A stretch of 64,000 nucleotides of DNA from Eledone cirrhosa (GCA_964016885.1 OZ024742.1:127410001-127474000), one strand, 5' to 3'. Counted from the stretch's first letter, positions 1-11,270 are shown. Notes: a model not told the origin generated them from the letters alone. Program-made: numbers and translations.

Positions 1-16
1 ATATACAAACAATTAA

Positions 17-239
17 CCCTTTAGCATTTACATTATTCTATATATATACTATTGTATTTTCACAGTAAACACTTTATTTCACATAATTATCTCACATAAT
101 ATTGAATCTACGAGATTTTGATACTGTTTATTTTGAGAACAATACCGTAACATCAGTATGAGCAACTGTTTACAGCCAGTTTGAACAGAAAGAGGTGAGA
201 GAATTCTGGCTAGATATGGCCGATTTAAATCTTAATGGG
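17..239. mobile_element. piggyBac-type MITE
   Basis: TTAA at 13-16 and 240-243 flank ends CCCTTTAGCATTTA ... TAAATCTTAATGGG (imperfect TIR). Same family in opposite orientation at 49903-50108. Confidence 0.75.
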
Positions 240-440
240 TTAAGGTGGGTTGAGGCTTGCTAAAAAGATTCTGGTGACTGTCTGAAACTAAGGACCAGAT
301 TTAGACCTTGGGGAACCCAGGGCTGTTCAGGATTGTACACACACACGTGAGCAAGGAGAGGGAGGGGGGACAAGTGAGACTGAATAGTTAGGAAAAGATC
401 TGAATTTCTTCAAATACATCAGCTCACTACCAGGTCATGA

Positions 441-632
441 GGTCAAATAATTGTTTCTACTTTAGGCACAAGGCCAGCAATTACCCAGTGCATTACTGGT
501 ACTTTATTTTATCGACCCCGTAAGGATGAAAGGCAAAGTCAACCTCGGCGGGATGGTCAAATAATTGTTTCTACTTTAGGCACAAGGCCAGCAATTACCC
601 AGTGCATTACTGGTACTTTATGGTCAAATAAT
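441..632 (-). mobile_element. two tandem 5'-truncated copies of a tRNA-derived SINE
   Basis: Body GCCTTTCATCCTTACGGGGTCGATAAAATAAAGTACCAG...TGGCCTTGTGCCTAAAGTAGAAACAATT (minus strand) recurs many times in the window. GGTCAAATAAT occurs at 441, 555 and 622. Confidence 0.75.
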
Positions 633-3008
633 GGTAGTAGTAAAGGAATGGCTATTGTGTACATACACACAAACGCAAGCATATAACCACCCATACACTC
701 ACACATCAAGTACCATCATTGATAAACTATACATACACTCATATTCATGTGCACATATACATCATATACACCCACTGCTGCCAATAAATCTGGCCCTGTC
801 TGGAACAAATGATATTCTATTCTCTTCATACCGGCTTTATACACATGTGGAAAGTTAAATTTAGCAACAGCTCCTAGTTAATTTCATTTTCTACATGAAT
901 TCTATATCTTTATTTCATTTAATTTTCATTTCAAATAATCAAATTAAACTTTCATTTTCGGAGAGGGGCTGTAGTTATACTTTGAACTTTCAAATACTGT
1001 TGAAAATCGATTTTAGCTTTCATCCCTCCACAAATAAGTACCAATAATTATACAGTATCTAAATTTATTGGGCCAAACATATCTATAAATACATTTATAA
1101 TAAATTTCTTTCACTAAAATAAGGAAAAAAGGTGGGAAGAAGACCTACACACTTAATCACATACCACAATCCTCTAATAATTTTTGGGGAAAGCCAACAG
1201 ATTAACAGCATTGTCACAAGAGATAGTGAGGCTAAGGTGCTTGAATAACCAAGCACCCTTGCGGACATCATTGGTAAAGCTAGCTCCCAACAATAACAAA
1301 AACTTAGAAGCTGAAAAAAATAGTTTCATTTTTTACCATTTGGCCATGGGAGCAGTAACCTTCACCTTTTTAACAGCATCCAGATGTGAGGAGTAAGAGA
1401 GATGCTTACTGTGGTGTCCCAAATGAGACATCAACTTTTTACCCAAGGAAAAAGGTAAGACAATCTGATTTGAACAATCCAGCTGGCTCCAGAACTGAAG
1501 GAATATTTCCCCAAGCCATGGGTTCAGCTCAGTCTTACAAGCATAACAACCTAAATGCAGGTAGCAAAACAACCCAGAAGACCTGTGGATTTAAGGGAAC
1601 TCCCACAATGACATTTCACCCCCACCCCCATGGAGATGCAGAGCTCATCCAGACTGTAGATCACTAATGTTGACCTAGACTGTGTAGACCACTAATGTTG
1701 GCCAAAAACTTTGCACTTGCAGAAAGTAGGCAGCACCTTGAGAATTAATCAGATTTATCAAAAAGAGAGATGAGGTGTCTCTTGATCATAAGTTGCCCTA
1801 CACTTTCTGCTTCAATCTATCCTCTTCTGTACCAAGAAATAACAAAAGCAGCTTCCTCCACTGTAGTAGAGTTGCATGCACCTCAATGTTGGAAAGCGCA
1901 GATGTTACCCACTAGGGAAGGGGACGAACATGGATGGAAAAAAAGCATGAAATTCACATATACCTTCCCTTTGTTGAAAAAATATTGTATTTTTTAATCA
2001 TAGGAGTGTATGTACACAACCTTTTCTACAGGGAAGAATGAGGAAAACTGGGTGTGGCTACTGTGGTTCACGTTCATCAGACTACATTTTCATTGAAATA
2101 AAATAAAAAATATGTAAGAACTTGTTTAGAAAATATATTTCAGTTTTATTATAAGGACACACTTTTATTAATTGTATTGAATTGAAATTTAAAAAAACAA
2201 ATAAAAAAAAAAAAAAAATTAAATTTTGTGTGTAGTTAAGAATGATATATATTGTGGAACAGTTATAACATTTTTTTTTTTTTTTTAAGCCTTTTATAAT
2301 GACAGCCGCAAATTCAAATGAAAATACATAACAAGCACGACCATCATTAGATTTCCTAAAGAAACAATGCTTCAAATATGTATATTTAATTGGTTACTTA
2401 ATTTTCCTTTGGCTTTTGTTTTGTATTAATATAAAATGTAGTTATATTAAATAATTGTCTTATCCATTATGGAAGTGGTTATACCCGACTTTTAAAAAGT
2501 TATATGCAGCGTTTCTTGTTTCTTGTTTAATCAAGAACCGACAAACACTGGCCCCGAGAATCGACCGACATTCGTGAATCGTATGTGTCGAAAGATATAG
2601 GCGTGGTAAAACTAGATTCAGATTAGGCGGAGTCAATTATACATTTGTATTATTTATATTGCATATTCTCAAATTTAATCACGTTCAGTAACAGAAGTGT
2701 TTACGGACAGGAAGTGGTCCCTTTTGACATTTCCATAAAGAAACTATCTCGATTATGTCTATGATATCCTCCCATACTTAAAAAACATCATGAATGTCAA
2801 TTTTCGGGACCAATGTTTGCCAGTTGTGCCAAGAATCTGGTGAAATCGATACTCTATTGAAACGAATATCCTTGCTAAATATATATTTCATCCAATTACA
2901 AATTATATACTACGAAAAAGACATTTTTTAAATGTTCTATTGGCTTTATGACCTTAATAATGGAAATTACATTATATATATATATATATATATAATAAAC
3001 AACATAAG

Positions 3009-3164
3009 ACAATTATTTCATTTACCAAAGGTTTCACGAAGACAGACGAGCTTGACACAAACGTCTGAAATCGTTCGTCAGAACGAAAATTCTGACGAAC
3101 GATTTCAGACGTCTGTGTCAAGCTCGTCTGTCTTCGTGAAACCTTTGGTAAATGAAATAATTGT
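3009..3164. repeat. near-perfect palindrome (75-bp arms, 6-nt loop), probable fold-back MITE
   Basis: 3009-3083 is the reverse complement of 3090-3164 with one mismatch. Confidence 0.9.
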
Positions 3165-3379
3165 TTTGTTTATTACATAACTAATAGCTCTGTAGCCTAC
3201 ATAGAGCACTCTCCTTTCCTTTACTACGGAAACATATATATATATATATGAAATGAGTGCATCCCAACGAATATGACTAATAACAGTCAATCATTATAAT
3301 AGTTGAGAAAATCGGGTAAAATACGTCTAGAGAGAAAAGTAGACAGGGCACCTATCTCACATACACCTGCTTCCTAGCA

Positions 3380-3522
3380 TAGAGTTAAAGCCATTTACGT
3401 TCTGAGTTCAAATCCTGTCGAGGTTAGCTTTGCCTTTTATCCTTACGGGGTTGATAAAATAATGTACCAGTAATGGACTGGGTATTTGCTGGCCTTGTGC
3501 CTAAAAGTAGAAACAATTATAA
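3380..3522 (+). mobile_element. tRNA-derived SINE copy (diverged)
   Basis: B-box-like GAGTTCAAATCC followed by GCCTTTTATCCTTACGGGGTTGATAAAAT and tail TGGCCTTGTGCCTAAAAGTAGAAACAATT. Confidence 0.65.
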
Positions 3523-3682
3523 GTTATTTGTATTGGGATGTACACATTTCAAACTTAAAATTTTCCCAATGCTTCTTCAGTCAACAGTTTGTGTGTGTGT
3601 GTGTACTCATTTTATTAAGGCTAACTAGCGAGTGTGGTTACTTTAGTGTTTCGCCTGTTTAATCACAAGGACTTCAGCGAAG

Positions 3683-3708
3683 AATATATATATATATATA
3701 TATAGTGG

Positions 3709-3747
<39 letters not shown>

Positions 3748-3752
3748 GTGGA

Positions 3753-3790
<38 letters not shown>

Positions 3791-3795
3791 GTGGA

Positions 3796-3833
<38 letters not shown>

Positions 3834-3838
3834 GTGGA

Positions 3839-3873
<35 letters not shown>

Positions 3874-3990
3874 GAGGTATATATATATATATAGTGGAGG
3901 TATATATATATATATATATATATAGTGGAGGTATATATATATATAGTGGAGGTATATATATATAGTGGAGGTATATATATATATATATAT
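3683..3990. repeat. compound (TA)n-GTGGAGG minisatellite
   Basis: About 9 GTGGAGGT blocks separated by variable (TA)n runs. Confidence 0.9.
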
Positions 3991-4675
3991 AACGAAGGAA
4001 GTGTGGTAAGGAACTAGGTGGACCATAACGCACCAGAGTACTCGATACTATTTGTAGTAGAGTGGCTAATAGGAATAGAGTCACTACCCGAACGGCTGAG
4101 CTCCGGCCGTCGGGGTCCTGACTCTTTTCCTATATATATTATATATATATATCAAAAAGAAGGATGATGTTTTATAATGGAAAAAAATAGCATTGCAATC
4201 AAACGATAAATTAAAATAAGAGTAAAACCTGGAATCCGAGGAAAGTGGTGAAGGTCTGTGTTGGTAAAATTGGTAATAAAATCCAGAGTTTAAAGGCTGA
4301 CGAGAGTTTTTTTATTTATTTATTTATTTATTTTTTCGTTTTTAAGGCAATCAAATTTACTAATAACTGCAAACTGTCTTTGTTTTGTTGTTGTTTTAAG
4401 TACCCAGACATTAGAAAAAGTATGAGTTGTATTTTTAGTTACACTACCAAAAATGAACTGAATGTTCATAAAGCTGTAATAAAGATAGTAAATTAAAGTT
4501 GATTCATGAATTTTGGCATATGTAGAGTTGTTTGGAAAACTGGCAAATAGATGAAGCAAATATATAAATGTATACATGTAAAGAGAACATCTTTAGCATA
4601 ATACGTACGCGTAAATATAAATGTAAATATAGATTTCACACATAAAATTCCGTTAGAATGAATTGAAAAATATCC

Positions 4676-5734
4676 TTAATTATCTTTACTCTTGTTCTTA
4701 TTTTCGAAGAACATGAAATCGATAAGAAAAACAGCTCCGACCATAGTTGCTTTCATGTTTACATCTAAATCCATAGGAAATGATACGCCAAAATTATCTG
4801 CCGAAGACACCATCTCACTGACAAAACCAGCGTATTGTTTACTGATTGTTCCAATATGGTTAGTTTCATCGTGATCATAAACTTTAAACTTTTGATCTTG
4901 CATACAGCAAGGCCCATCACAAATACAGACTGGTCCTTTGATTCGGAAAACAACGTCGTCATCTGGTGTGGTTATGTCGAATGTAGGCTGTAAGAAACTA
5001 CATGTTTGTTTTACTTTACCAATTACTTGACCGACAGGAGCTTCCACCGTTACTTCTAAAGCGCAGCCTTCGCAACAGGCGCACCAACAACATCCAGCGC
5101 AGCACTTGAATTCTCTAGTTATCCTCATAACTTCTTGTGCCATGTTATCGGAAATATGTATTATGAAACCCCGAGCACTGCCACAGCATTGACGCATACA
5201 TAAATTAGATTCTTCGCCAGCAAAATACACTTGTTGACCAATTGAATTGACAATAATGTATTTATTGGCACATTCGAAGCCACTTATAACTTCTAGGATT
5301 TCAATTTGTTGCTTCACCAAAATTTGGTCAATCATGGCCAGGTATTCTAAGCCAGGTGGACAATTACTTACTGTAGGCTTGGCCATCCACTGTTGAGAAC
5401 CTTGGGCCCCTGGCTGTGGTGCATAGCCGCCCGGTGGTGGTGCATAACCGCCGGGTGGGGGTGGGGGTGCATAGCCGCCGGGTGGGGGTGCATAGCCGCC
5501 TGGTGGGGGTGCATAGCCGCCGCCGGGTGGGGGAGCATAACCATCGGGCGGTGGTGCATAGCCGCCCGGTGGGGGGGGATAACCAGCGGGTGGTGGTGCA
5601 TATCCAGCTGGTGGTGGTTGTCCGTAACCAGGCGGTGGGGGTCCGTATCCAGGCGGTGGTGGTCCGTATCCGGGTGGGGGTTGCTCGTTGTCCTTTCCCA
5701 ATGCTGCGGGTTGTGTGGTTACTGGTTGAGACAT
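4676..5734 (-). CDS. PLSCR: phospholipid scramblase (PLSCR family), single coding exon, 352 aa
   Basis: ATG in AAAATG context at 5734. N-terminal GY(A/G)PPP repeats, CPPGLEYL, Cys-rich palmitoylation-type motif CCAGCCWCACCEGC, GTISKQYAG, ADNFGVSFPMDLD and C-terminal KATMVGAVFLIDFMFFE all match the scramblase family. The frame is uninterrupted. Confidence 0.95.
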   Translation of the reverse strand: MSQPVTTQPAALGKDNEQPPPGYGPPPPGYGPPPPGYGQPPPAGYAPPPAGYPPPPGGYAPPPDGYAPPPGGGYAPPPGGYAPPPGGYAPPPPPGGYAPPPGGYAPQPGAQGSQQWMAKPTVSNCPPGLEYLAMIDQILVKQQIEILEVISGFECANKYIIVNSIGQQVYFAGEESNLCMRQCCGSARGFIIHISDNMAQEVMRITREFKCCAGCCWCACCEGCALEVTVEAPVGQVIGKVKQTCSFLQPTFDITTPDDDVVFRIKGPVCICDGPCCMQDQKFKVYDHDETNHIGTISKQYAGFVSEMVSSADNFGVSFPMDLDVNMKATMVGAVFLIDFMFFENKNKSKDN

Positions 5735-5909
5735 TTTGTTCAAGTAACCAACTTTAGGGTGTGGTAAGACTAGAAAACTGCGTGGGATTTTTCTGTATTT
5801 AACGCGTGATATCTCCGAAATGTTATAAAAGTAATCGGCTTTATAATATCTAAAATTCTGTTTTCCAAAAGCTGAATCCAATACCAGCAGCTACAACATG
5901 CAGCTTAGG

Positions 5910-6015
5910 CGGTTAAAAATGGCGATATACTCTCTCAGAACTAATCATTTTTCTCCTCCCACTATAAGTCTTGAACGGAAGCCACCCGCCAACTCCCGTT
6001 ACTATGTGATGTCAC
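5910..6015. promoter_or_regulatory. putative scramblase proximal promoter
   Basis: CpG-retaining stretch with YY1-like AAAATGGCG (5916-5924), ETS-like CGGAAG (5976-5981), E2F-like CCCGCCAA (5985-5992) and CRE-like TGATGTCA (6007-6014). Motif-level evidence only. Confidence 0.35.
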
Positions 6016-6909
6016 AAATTTATCGTATAACTAACTGTTCCACACAAATATTTATAGATGTTGATGTAACTCATACACTATAAACAAAATATATCCCACT
6101 CGCTAGAAATCACAAGTAAATCTATTAATTAACAAACAACTAACATAACTTGATACGATATTATGTTGTAATAATTTAATAATCAAGTTCGGGTTTCGAT
6201 TTCATTTCATTCCACTCATGTCGAGTGTTTATGAGAAATGTATAAATGTTACAATATCTTCGTCTGTAAAACTATTACAGGCCTAATTCTTCAGCGCAAA
6301 ATCATTCTTTTGCAATAGTTATGTTTTTGTTTTGTTTTGCTTTTTCAACGACAGACTCCTGCGAAATTATGGTTATGATAACAATATCAATAAATCGTGT
6401 TTCTGATAAATATGGGGATATATTTTAATCCAGCATCATCCGTTAATAAAGAAGAAATATTTTCACATATATAAGATCGTCGAAGCTTTGGAGAGAAGAC
6501 GAGAATTTGTAAGAGGGACTGAATGTAAGGATATACAACTTAGGGATTGACATTTTTTATATTTTATAGTCCTCATTATCGTTAATTTTATTTTTAATTG
6601 CGGAAAAAATCTTCAGTTTTTATATATTCTGTGTGTGGTGAACGAGAAAAAGTCACATTTTATTTAAATACTATAAAAAAGGTAATTTATTTAAAACAGT
6701 GATAACTTTATGAAAAAAAAAACAACTAGGGCAAAGATTATATAAATACGTGTTTGTATTTGTGTTGTGACTTTTATGTGATAATTTCCAAGATTCAGTA
6801 ACAGATTTAGTCGATCGTATCGACCCCAGTACATTTTCTTTTTCAAGTTTGATATTTATTTTATCGATCTCTTTTTTTTTTTTATCAAACTGCTAGTTTA
6901 CGTAACATA

Positions 6910-7914
6910 TAATAATAATTGTTTCTACTTTTGGCACAAGGCCAGCAATTGGCATAGGTAAAATATAACTGTTTCTACTTTAGGCACAAGGCCAGCAATA
7001 ACCCAGTGCATTACTGGTACTTTATTTTATCGACCCCGTAAGGATGAAAGGCAAACGTCCGAGAAAGTGAAACTAATTTTTATGACAAGTGAATGTGTTT
7101 GTTTTTTAGTATTGCGTGTGTGATTATTTTTTCTTTTTCTTTTTTTGTGTATTGTGTGTACGGAAAATTAGACGTACCTTATCAACATCCTTATTAGACC
7201 GTATAAATAGCTGAAATACAGTTGATCATCTCGCCAAATTTGTTGGCACCAAGTCTCTGCCGCCAAAGAAATTCAGCTAAATACGAGGGGAATAAATCGT
7301 CGCTTGTCCCATGTTGTCGATGAAGCTTTTTCTTCGCACGGCTCCAAGTGTTCTCTATGAGTTGTGTGTGCACATTAGGGTCTTCAGGATCGACAAAGTT
7401 CCGTTGGTGCACAACATCATCATGGAGGTAAATGCCACCTTGAATTTCCTCAATATCAGAATAGGAAGCCCAACCATAGGACATGATGTGGCTTCCTGGC
7501 AAAATCCATTCCTGTATAATGGGGACAAGAGTCTCACGGCTTCGATCTGGGACTTCGATGAGGCAATACAGACACACATATATATATGAGAGAAAATAAT
7601 CACACACGCAATACTAATTAACACCATATCACTAGAGACCTGTTGTAAATAAACAAACTGTATCGTAACTTTCAATGTAAAAAAAAAAAAAAAAACACAT
7701 TCACTTGTCATAAAAATTAGTTTCACTTTCTCGGACGTTATATTTTACCTATGCCCCAGCAATTACCCAGTGTATTACGGGTACTTTATTTTATCGACCC
7801 CGTAAGGGTGAAAGACAAAGTTAACCTCGACGGGATTTGAACTCAGACTGTAAAGGGACGTAACTATGCTAGAAAGCATGGCGTCCAACCCTCTACCGAT
7901 ACTGCCAATTCACC
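6910..7914 (-). mobile_element. tRNA-derived SINE split by a Merlin insertion (pieces 6910-6950 and 7756-7914)
   Basis: Joining the two pieces across the 9-bp duplication restores the SINE sequence seen at 26435-26624 and 50903-51094. Confidence 0.8.
6951..7755 (-). mobile_element. Merlin (IS1595/ISXO2-like) DNA transposon, internally deleted
   Basis: 9-bp TSD CCAGCAATT (6942-6950 and 7756-7764). 63-bp TIR starting GGCATAGGTAAAATATAAC, the left copy interrupted by a SINE piece. Transposase C-terminus at ~7194-7560: VPDRSRETL...IMSYGWASY...NFVDP...VHTQLIENTWSRAK...SYLAEFLWR, with the catalytic D replaced by Y. Confidence 0.9.
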
Positions 7915-8290
7915 AATGAAATTATTGTGTACAGTGCTCAGGTGCACTACAACTCGTCAAAGGTGTATGTATAGTACATAGAATAATATACAAATGTCAG
8001 GGAAGTGAATAGTGTATGAGTCATGATATACATGTGTGTATGTGTATGGAGGGGAAATATTAGGTGTAGTGTTGGCGAATCTCAGGAAACATGGAGGTTT
8101 TAAAGGATGCAGTGTCTCGACAGCTAATAACTGATGCAGGTAGTTTGTACCATGCTTCAGCAACTCCGAGTGTGAAAAAATGTTTCCGAAACTCATGGGA
8201 ACTGTGCTGTTTTCTGACTTTATGGGCATGCCCACTTGTGTTAGACACATGGAAATCAAAATGGTACTCAGGATTGTTGTTGGCAAGATG
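7915..8290 (-). mobile_element. CR1-clade LINE 3' fragment
   Basis: NTSGHAHKVRKQHSSHEFRKHFFTLGVAEAWYKLPASVISCRDTASFK resembles the CR1 ORF2 C-terminus. The 3' UTR is shared with 51860-52153. Confidence 0.75.
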
Positions 8291-8844
8291 GTTAATATAA
8301 ACAAACATAAAACAGAGACACACACACGTTGTCGTTGGTGGCTCACGGGGTATCAGGTGATACCGCTTGCCAGAGTGTTTTGTTATTCCAGCACCACAGC
8401 CTCAATATCACCTGTGGCATTGGCTTGCTTCAAAAATGATTAGAGGGGGAGCTCCGGCACCCCTTGAGGTGTGTGATTAAGTGTCAATATAATTTATATT
8501 AATGAATAAGATACTATGCAGATTAGCCAATTGAACATAATATACAGTGTGAGGATAATCGAATGGTGGTTTTATTAATATGCTTGCTGCTATATTTGAT
8601 AAGTAGTGTTTTACTAGATAGCGCCTCTCTCCGCGTTTTTCAGTTTCCGGGGGTACATTACTCAATTTTCCCAGTAATCATTTATAGTGATTGACTATTG
8701 TTATGGTTATTTACATTGGGAGGCATACATTTCAAATTTTCCTAAAGCTTCTTATGTTAACCACTTTGTTTCTGTTAAACAAAATGATGTTTAGTATACG
8801 ACAATAAAGAAGTAGCCAATACAATAGTGTTTTAATATTTCATC

Positions 8845-8945
8845 ATTGGCGCTTACTGATGTGTCAAGTGATGCTCTTAAGGGTACCTGGTTATTTCAGC
8901 GCCTTAGCCTCGCCATCACCCGTGGTAATGCTGCGAGCATGTTGA
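8845..8945 (+). mobile_element. CRE-clade non-LTR retrotransposon 3' fragment
   Basis: Translates WLFQRLSLAITRGNAASML, the terminal motif of the CRE restriction-like endonuclease (RLE) region. Confidence 0.6.
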
Positions 8946-9057
8946 CTTACACGGTTTCTTTACGACAATAATAAAATTACTGAGGATTGGAACAAATTAG
9001 CTTGAAGAACGAGTAGAGTTTCAGGTATTTACCTATCGGATAATGAGTTCCCTTAAG

Positions 9058-9216
9058 CAGGGCCATCTTAACGCATGGGCATGCTGGGCAGTTGCCCTGG
9101 GGCCCCACGAGGATAGGGGGCCCATTTGTATTTTTATTCCTGTGAGTGGTTGTGTAGGTAGGGGCCCCAGTGCTCTGCTTTGCCTGGGGGCCTATAATGC
9201 TGTTAAGATGGCCCTG
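9058..9216. mobile_element. hAT-type MITE, 159 bp
   Basis: Perfect 15-bp TIR CAGGGCCATCTTAAC; 8-bp TSD CCCTTAAG (9050-9057 and 9217-9224). Confidence 0.9.
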
Positions 9217-10317
9217 CCCTTAAGGCTCTTAGATACTGAAAATATTGCTGAACATCAGTTTCTGTTCACAAGTCACTGTACAAAATGAGATTATCAGAGA
9301 TTCTCGTATAACTGTGTCTCCGTGAGAGGACATCGACACACCAGCAAACTTGAAGCCCTGTTGTTGGGGCCAGCTATGACCTGAGCGTCACTAAACCGAT
9401 GCGGCTGACATGGAAGAAGATACTGATGAACAAAAGACCACATGCACACAAATTTTGACCTCACTCGTGCACCCTGAGCGCCACAGACCTGCACATCAGC
9501 CTTCACCTCTCCACCACTGACCGACTGCCTGAGACAATAGTTTCTTGCTTTTGTCATCCCACATTTTGCCTGCTGTCACAAGTGATATTCTTTTAACATT
9601 TGGCGTCGTCTTGTGATGAATCCAACCTTCAAAATTATACTTTACCTCCACATTGTATAGAAGAATTTTCGAATATTAGCTAGGATGGTGGATTTCAGTG
9701 TCTACCATGAAACTGTTAAATTGGATATTGAAGACATAAGGTTATAGTTCTTGATGTTACTCAGAGTTAGTTCTTTGTCCTCAGATGCCTCCCTAAACAT
9801 ACTTTCTTCTGTCAATAACCACTTCATACAGATATCTTTGTGGATATTAACTCTCGCGGGTTATAATTACTTCTTTGGATTATTAAAGATAATTAAAGTA
9901 TAGAAGTTATACCAAGTATTGGAGTAATTAAAGGAAAAACAGACAATAAAGTATCAAAGATTATAACATTTATTAAGATCTGGGACACACAACTCCATTG
10001 GTTATAAGTATTTATGAATTTTTATGTCCAACGACACCAATTGGATTCAAAAGTTGACGTTCTGCATAACAATCTGTTACAGCCAGGTAGGAATTAAATA
10101 TATAGAGGTTCTAAAGACATTTGTATACAGATAATACTTTTCAAATTTGATATATAATCAATCTTCTTATATTGATGTGAAATAGGGTGATTGATTTAAA
10201 GAGAAATCAAGGGTAAACTATTTAGCTTTCAAATAAATTGTTTACGGAGAGACATATAGTATGTTTATATTCTTGTATTTGTGTACTCAGTATATTTGAA
10301 GGTTGACTTTGCAAAGG

Positions 10318-10462
10318 GTGAGTTCAAATCCCACTGAGGTTAGCTTTGCCTTTCATCCTTACGGGGTCGTAAAAATAAAGCACCAGTAATGCACTGGAGT
10401 CAATTTAATTGACTTTCCCCTTCCTTTCAAATTGATGGCCTTGTGCTCAAAGTAGAAACAAT
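10318..10462 (+). mobile_element. tRNA-derived SINE copy
   Basis: GAGTTCAAATCC...GCCTTTCATCCTTACGGGGTCG...TGGCCTTGTGCTCAAAGTAGAAACAA. Confidence 0.65.
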
Positions 10463-10849
10463 ATTTTGCAATACAATGATATTTGATCTCTAAGTTGTGG
10501 CACGTTCTCTCCATTCTTCTGTGACACTAGAGCCCTTGCCTTTCCCTTCCTTTTCCGTTTTCATAACCACAAAAGACACTTGAATTTTTTACAATAAAGA
10601 TAGTTTATTTTGATCCCATAATTCATATTTACATCATATTTCCCTTTAAATAACATTACAAATGGAGAAGGTTCAAAGAAGGTTAGATCTGGCTATATGG
10701 GAAAGTAGAGGAAAGGACTATAAAAGCCATAAATGGGAGGAAATGGATGGAAAAAGCAAAGACTCTAGGACCTGAGAAGAAAAGGAGGGGGAAAGGGAGA
10801 GGGTGATGGGTTCTGGGCCTAAAGTGTGACGATGTTGGGGCTGCGCACT

Positions 10850-11270
10850 GCAGACAAAACTACAAAAGCATTTCATTGGACAATGGCCAGTGACACCCAC
10901 TGCAACGGCCACCCCACCTCGCATGACTCCTTCCTCAGACAGGCTGATTGCTTTCCAATGTTGCGGAGGAGCTTGGCAGTACAGGGTCTAAGTACGCCTG
11001 AGGTTTTGACAGCTGCCAGTGTGAAGAGGAAGTGGCCAGACAAACCCTGCTATTTGTTTGTCTTCCTTTGCTCTACATTGCGGGCGGCAGTACCGGGGTT
11101 TTTGGCCGAAGCGACTACGTTGGAGGAAGAGAACATGTCACAACATGTGGCATCCATGAGGGATCAATTTCCTTTGAATGGGATCGATGGGGATTCCATC
11201 GGGGCGGTTGCCGTCTCCGCAGTCGAAGCCTGCTGGGTCCAGTCGTAATGGGAAACCAGCTGCGTCCAGG
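10850..11270 (-). mobile_element. CRE-clade retrotransposon fragment (RLE domain, degenerate)
   Basis: LDAAGFPLRLDPAGFDCGDGNRPDGI followed by frameshifted DATC and AVKTSGVL-type motifs. Confidence 0.7.

Noticed and set aside
1184-2060. Possible host exons or a decayed retroelement
   Set aside because: No motif or consistent splice frame I can defend; likewise 9290-9620, 36440-36950, 57765-58190 and 62330-62960.
3799-4084. YI-repeat ORFs
   Set aside because: Translations of (TA)n microsatellite.
5368-5767. Alternative-frame and antisense ORFs (His/Pro, Trp/Gly and Val/Arg-rich)
   Set aside because: Shadows of the GC-rich GYAPPP repeat.
5735-5881. 49-aa N-terminal extension of the scramblase ORF in the track
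   Set aside because: Starts at a non-ATG codon and has no family resemblance; the ATG at 5734 has a good context.
7194-7607. Bacterial IS1595 or contamination
   Set aside because: Embedded among eukaryotic SINEs with Merlin-type TIRs and TSD, so it is a eukaryotic Merlin.
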